Shown: piece by piece, positions 60,471 through 64,000 of the stretch | Numbering within the stretch: position 1 is the first letter of the stretch | Layout of the letters: each line of letters begins with the position of its first letter | Virus record (IMG/VR): IMGVR_UViG_3300022848_000011 | Coordinates: 21,363-85,362 of that record | Length of the DNA stretch: 64,000 nucleotides | Strand: one strand, 5' to 3' | DNA from: a virus | The notes under the pieces: model-generated | Databases searched by the model: none | Seen by the model: only the letters and a program-made list of their open reading frames with translations | Told to the model about the DNA's origin: nothing | Program-made: the position numbers and the translations under genes

Positions 60471-60743
60471 ATGAATTTCAAAGAATATTTAATGGATATA
60501 GATAACTTAACAGAGAAGAAGTTAACTACTTATAAGATAATATGGTTTATTCCTAGTGAAAGTAACTCTGGTTCTGTGTATACTACATTTTTAGAAGGAT
60601 TTTCACAACAAGAAGTTCAAAAAGAATTCAAAAATTCAGATCGAATGTGGGTACTTGGGAAGAATAATAAGAAAAAATTGGTTCATTTTGGCGGGGAGAA
60701 TCCAGTCATCACCTCTATTACTCCGATTAATCTAAAAAAATGA
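60471..60743 (+). CDS. Small protein with capsid-targeting-like N-terminus
   Basis: Begins MNFKEYL...LTE. Confidence 0.6.
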   Translation: MNFKEYLMDIDNLTEKKLTTYKIIWFIPSESNSGSVYTTFLEGFSQQEVQKEFKNSDRMWVLGKNNKKKLVHFGGENPVITSITPINLKK

Positions 60744-60793
60744 TTATATTTCAACTATTTAATAGTAGATAACTGTTAAATATAGAGGTTATA

Positions 60794-60976
60794 ATGCAAA
60801 ACAAAAACAAGCCTAATAAATTCACCCAAACTTCTAATCTTACTCGAAAACAGACTTGGTTGTTTTATCACGAAGGGTTTGGTTCTGAATTATCTTTAGA
60901 ACCATCTAAAGAAGAACCTCAAAAAAAGATGCCTTTAGATATTGAATTCAATCAAGAGTTAGACAATAATTTCTAG
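60794..60976 (+). CDS. Hypothetical protein
   Basis: GAGGT RBS; 60 aa. Confidence 0.5.
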   Translation: MQNKNKPNKFTQTSNLTRKQTWLFYHEGFGSELSLEPSKEEPQKKMPLDIEFNQELDNNF

Positions 60977-61194
60977 TAAGAATCTTTAATTGCTTTGTCT
61001 ATTTTTGCAGAACGATTACCTTTTCCATCTTTTTTCTGTTTATGGGCACCTGTACGAAAAGACGGTTTTTGATGTCCTGCCCCGCTTTTAATTTCACCTG
61101 CTTTGATGATAAACGAATTATCATCTTTTTTGGGCTGAGGTGTTAGTTGTGGTTTCTTGGTCATTTCTTCATACCATTCTGTGAATTTCTTCAT
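60973..61194 (-). CDS. Small basic protein with capsid-targeting-like N-terminus
   Basis: Begins MKKFTEWYEE. Confidence 0.6.
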   Translation of the reverse strand: MKKFTEWYEEMTKKPQLTPQPKKDDNSFIIKAGEIKSGAGHQKPSFRTGAHKQKKDGKGNRSAKIDKAIKDSY

Positions 61195-61202
61195 CTCAGA
61201 CC

Positions 61203-61409
61203 TTACAATTTAACGTTATCATTTTTATTTAGTTGGTCTACGATTTCTTTTTTAGTATTTTGTAAAATTTCTAAGGCATTTGAAAACAACTCAATATTAT
61301 GTTTTGGGATTTCTAAGGTAACTGGGTGTTTACTGATCACATTACCTTCTTCGTCAACTATTCCATAAACACATTTAAGGGTTGTTTCAAGGTTTATTAT
61401 TTTATTCAT
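61203..61409 (-). CDS. Hypothetical protein
   Basis: GGAGA RBS; 68 aa. Confidence 0.6.
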   Translation of the reverse strand: MNKIINLETTLKCVYGIVDEEGNVISKHPVTLEIPKHNIELFSNALEILQNTKKEIVDQLNKNDNVKL

Positions 61410-61466
61410 TTTTTCTCCAGGTAATCAATACTATATTAGTATGTTTTAAATCAAAATGGTTATAAA

Positions 61467-61898
61467 TTGAAAAGTAAATTATTCATTGAAAAGAGTCCAA
61501 TGTATTGGATTTCACCTTCTGGTAAGGTCACGGGTATATCTAATGGATATAGGCACATTGAACATGTCATTTCAAATCCATCTTATTTTAACTTAAAGCC
61601 AGAGTACTTAGAAGAGGTGTATAAAAAATATGATGAAAAAATTCCTTCTGAGGGAAAAGCCAGAGAAGAAATCATGATAGAATTAATGAAGAAAGGCTGG
61701 ATTAGAATTCGTTTAAATAAAACACCTTATAGCTGGGTTTTGCAAACTTACCAATTTAGTCATTCTGTAAAAAGAAACATTGCTGAATGGATATTTTCCA
61801 TGTTATTGATTGGTTACACTCAAGAAGAAGAAATGCGATTAATGAACATTTCTTCTTCTGAAGAGAGAATATCATTCAAAGATTGGTTAACTGTTTAA
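61467..61898 (+). CDS. Hypothetical phage protein
   Basis: YWISPSGKV...H...LMKKGWIRI motif recalled from large-phage proteins. Confidence 0.6.
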   Translation: MKSKLFIEKSPMYWISPSGKVTGISNGYRHIEHVISNPSYFNLKPEYLEEVYKKYDEKIPSEGKAREEIMIELMKKGWIRIRLNKTPYSWVLQTYQFSHSVKRNIAEWIFSMLLIGYTQEEEMRLMNISSSEERISFKDWLTV

Positions 61899-62462
61899 GT
61901 TAAACGCTTTATGTTTAAAAGGTGGTAATTGTGATGTTACTAAATTATAAATTTTGTACGCATTTTCTATTTCGAAATTAATTTTGGTTCCTCGTGAAGT
62001 AATTTTAAGGTTTGCTTCGATATCAATTGCTTTAAAATATTTGACAATTTTCTTACTTCCTTCTTCACCCCAGATATGGGTATTTAAAATTATTTTCTTA
62101 TTTTTAACTTTGGCAGCATCAGCAAACCATACAGAGATTGCAACATCTTGGAGCATATCCAATGTTTCTGATAAAAGTCTTCTTTTATCATCTTTATCAT
62201 AGAAGGTAGTCCTCAATTCTGAGAAAATAGGGTAACACATTGAGTGCCATCTATATGTTCCATCATTTGTAATGTTTCCTTTTGTAGATAAGGATTCAAG
62301 TTCAGATGCTTTCCATTGCAGCCATTCTAAGTCTTTTGATCTCATTGACAAGTAGATGTTTTTGCCTTTTTTGGGTCTAACTAAGGAAGATCCGCCTAGA
62401 ATTGCTCCTTTTATAATATTTGACTGTCTATTAGACAATTTAGGATTAAATAAATGAGTCAT
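61887..62462 (-). CDS. LAGLIDADG (type 2) endonuclease-like protein with degenerate active sites
   Basis: IIKGAILGGSSL, EWLQWKASEL, LRTTFY, AISVWFADAA, ILNT. Confidence 0.75.
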   Translation of the reverse strand: MTHLFNPKLSNRQSNIIKGAILGGSSLVRPKKGKNIYLSMRSKDLEWLQWKASELESLSTKGNITNDGTYRWHSMCYPIFSELRTTFYDKDDKRRLLSETLDMLQDVAISVWFADAAKVKNKKIILNTHIWGEEGSKKIVKYFKAIDIEANLKITSRGTKINFEIENAYKIYNLVTSQLPPFKHKAFNLNS

Positions 62463-62575
62463 AGTTCACCTTGTTTAAAATTTTAACCAAACTATTCATA
62501 TTTATACATTTAGGATTCATATATTCTTATGTAATTTAAATTATTTTGATGGTTCAAACCACAAGGAGATATAAA

Positions 62576-62929
62576 ATGGGAGTTACTACTACTACTGGAG
62601 CAGGTGCTGGAAATTCTTACGGTGGAATTAAAGGTCCTCACAACAAAAGAAATTTTTACGTTTCTAAACTTACCCCACACGTTGTTGCTGCTGGCAAGGT
62701 CACCCTAGTTGGTGGTGCTGCCACTGTCACATTCCCATCGGCATTAGCTGGTGGTGCTGCAAAATACAGTGTTCAATTGACTGTCATGGCTTCTGCTGGT
62801 GCTGGTCACGAAGTTTCTGTCACTGCAATGACTGATAATTCAGACGGTGATTTAGCTTCGTTTGCAGTTGCTGGAGCAGGTGCTACCGACGTTGTTATGT
62901 GGTCCGTTGTAAGATTAGGAAATGCATAA
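62576..62929 (+). CDS. Small Gly/Ala-rich putative virion protein
   Basis: AAGGAG RBS before ATG 62576; AGKVTLVGGAATVTF...YSVQLT beta-rich motif; followed by a terminator. Confidence 0.6.
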   Translation: MGVTTTTGAGAGNSYGGIKGPHNKRNFYVSKLTPHVVAAGKVTLVGGAATVTFPSALAGGAAKYSVQLTVMASAGAGHEVSVTAMTDNSDGDLASFAVAGAGATDVVMWSVVRLGNA

Positions 62930-62973
62930 TTATAAAATCTTTTAAGGTTGGTCGAGACCTTATTAGTTGCTAA

Positions 62974-63004
62974 AGGGGGTTAGAGTTTTTCTAACCCCCT
63001 TATT

Positions 63005-63006
<2 letters not shown>
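62974..63006. terminator. Terminator between convergent genes
   Basis: AGGGGGTTAGA-gtttt-TCTAACCCCCT followed by T-rich sequence. Confidence 0.75.
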
Positions 63007-63604
<598 letters not shown>

Positions 63605-63657
63605 TATAAACCTCTCTATTTAAATTGCGATACGGAGCTTGTAACATTATTATTTAT

Positions 63658-64000
63658 CCATCGGCGGCGAGAAAACCCAAACTTTCTACGAAAGTTTGGG
63701 TCGGTACTCCGACCCAAACCTCTTTAGGGTAGTGGGATGAGAGCCGCCAATTAGAAAAAACATAATTAAACTTGTTTTTTAACAATATGTTACTATAATA
63801 TGTTACTATAATATATTTGCTATGATAACCAAATGGCAAACACAAAAACGATCCTTTAGTTAGGATCAAATCTTCAAGGCGGGAACCGCCCGAAGTAAAA
63901 AGCCTGTGGACATGATATTAGACTTGTATCCTTAATTGGAAATAAAGCAATTGTGAGTGAAGCAGGAAGCCCCTACCTCTTTAGGGTCGGGGTAGTTCAC
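63658..64000 (+). mobile_element. 343-bp non-autonomous IS200/IS605 derivative: left end, omegaRNA scaffold and right end, no tnpA/tnpB
   Basis: TTTAT|CCATCGGCGGCGAG... left end; GGCGGGAACCGCC...GCCTGTGGA...GAAGCAGGAAGCCCCTACCTCTTTAGGGTCGGGGTAGTTCAC right end. Confidence 0.8.

Overview
An AT-rich 64 kb segment of a large (jumbo-type) T4-like myovirus, read in standard code 11. No tRNA, rRNA or CRISPR array was found. From left to right it contains: (1) baseplate/tail genes and three paralogous PKD-domain virion proteins, one with a long 11-aa repeat; (2) glycosyltransferase-like genes and a volactin-like actin ATPase operon; (3) primase and a Cas4/AddB-like nuclease; (4) a cluster of four proteases of three catalytic classes plus a DUF3568-like lipoprotein, where two unrelated proteases share a C-terminal motif; (5) a ferritin-like gene; (6) the T4-type head module: a truncated TerL paralog, TerL, intein-containing portal, putative core protein, prohead protease, scaffold and major capsid protein; (7) three homing-endonuclease-like genes; (8) IS200/IS605 (TnpB) debris around a sulfotransferase/tail-fibre cassette; (9) many small genes starting with a T4 capsid-targeting-like sequence; (10) a 343-bp TnpB-less element that keeps the omegaRNA scaffold and ends at the last base of the window. 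Several gene families hint at a Planctomycetota/PVC host (inference). All family calls come from motifs recognised by eye, not from database searches.
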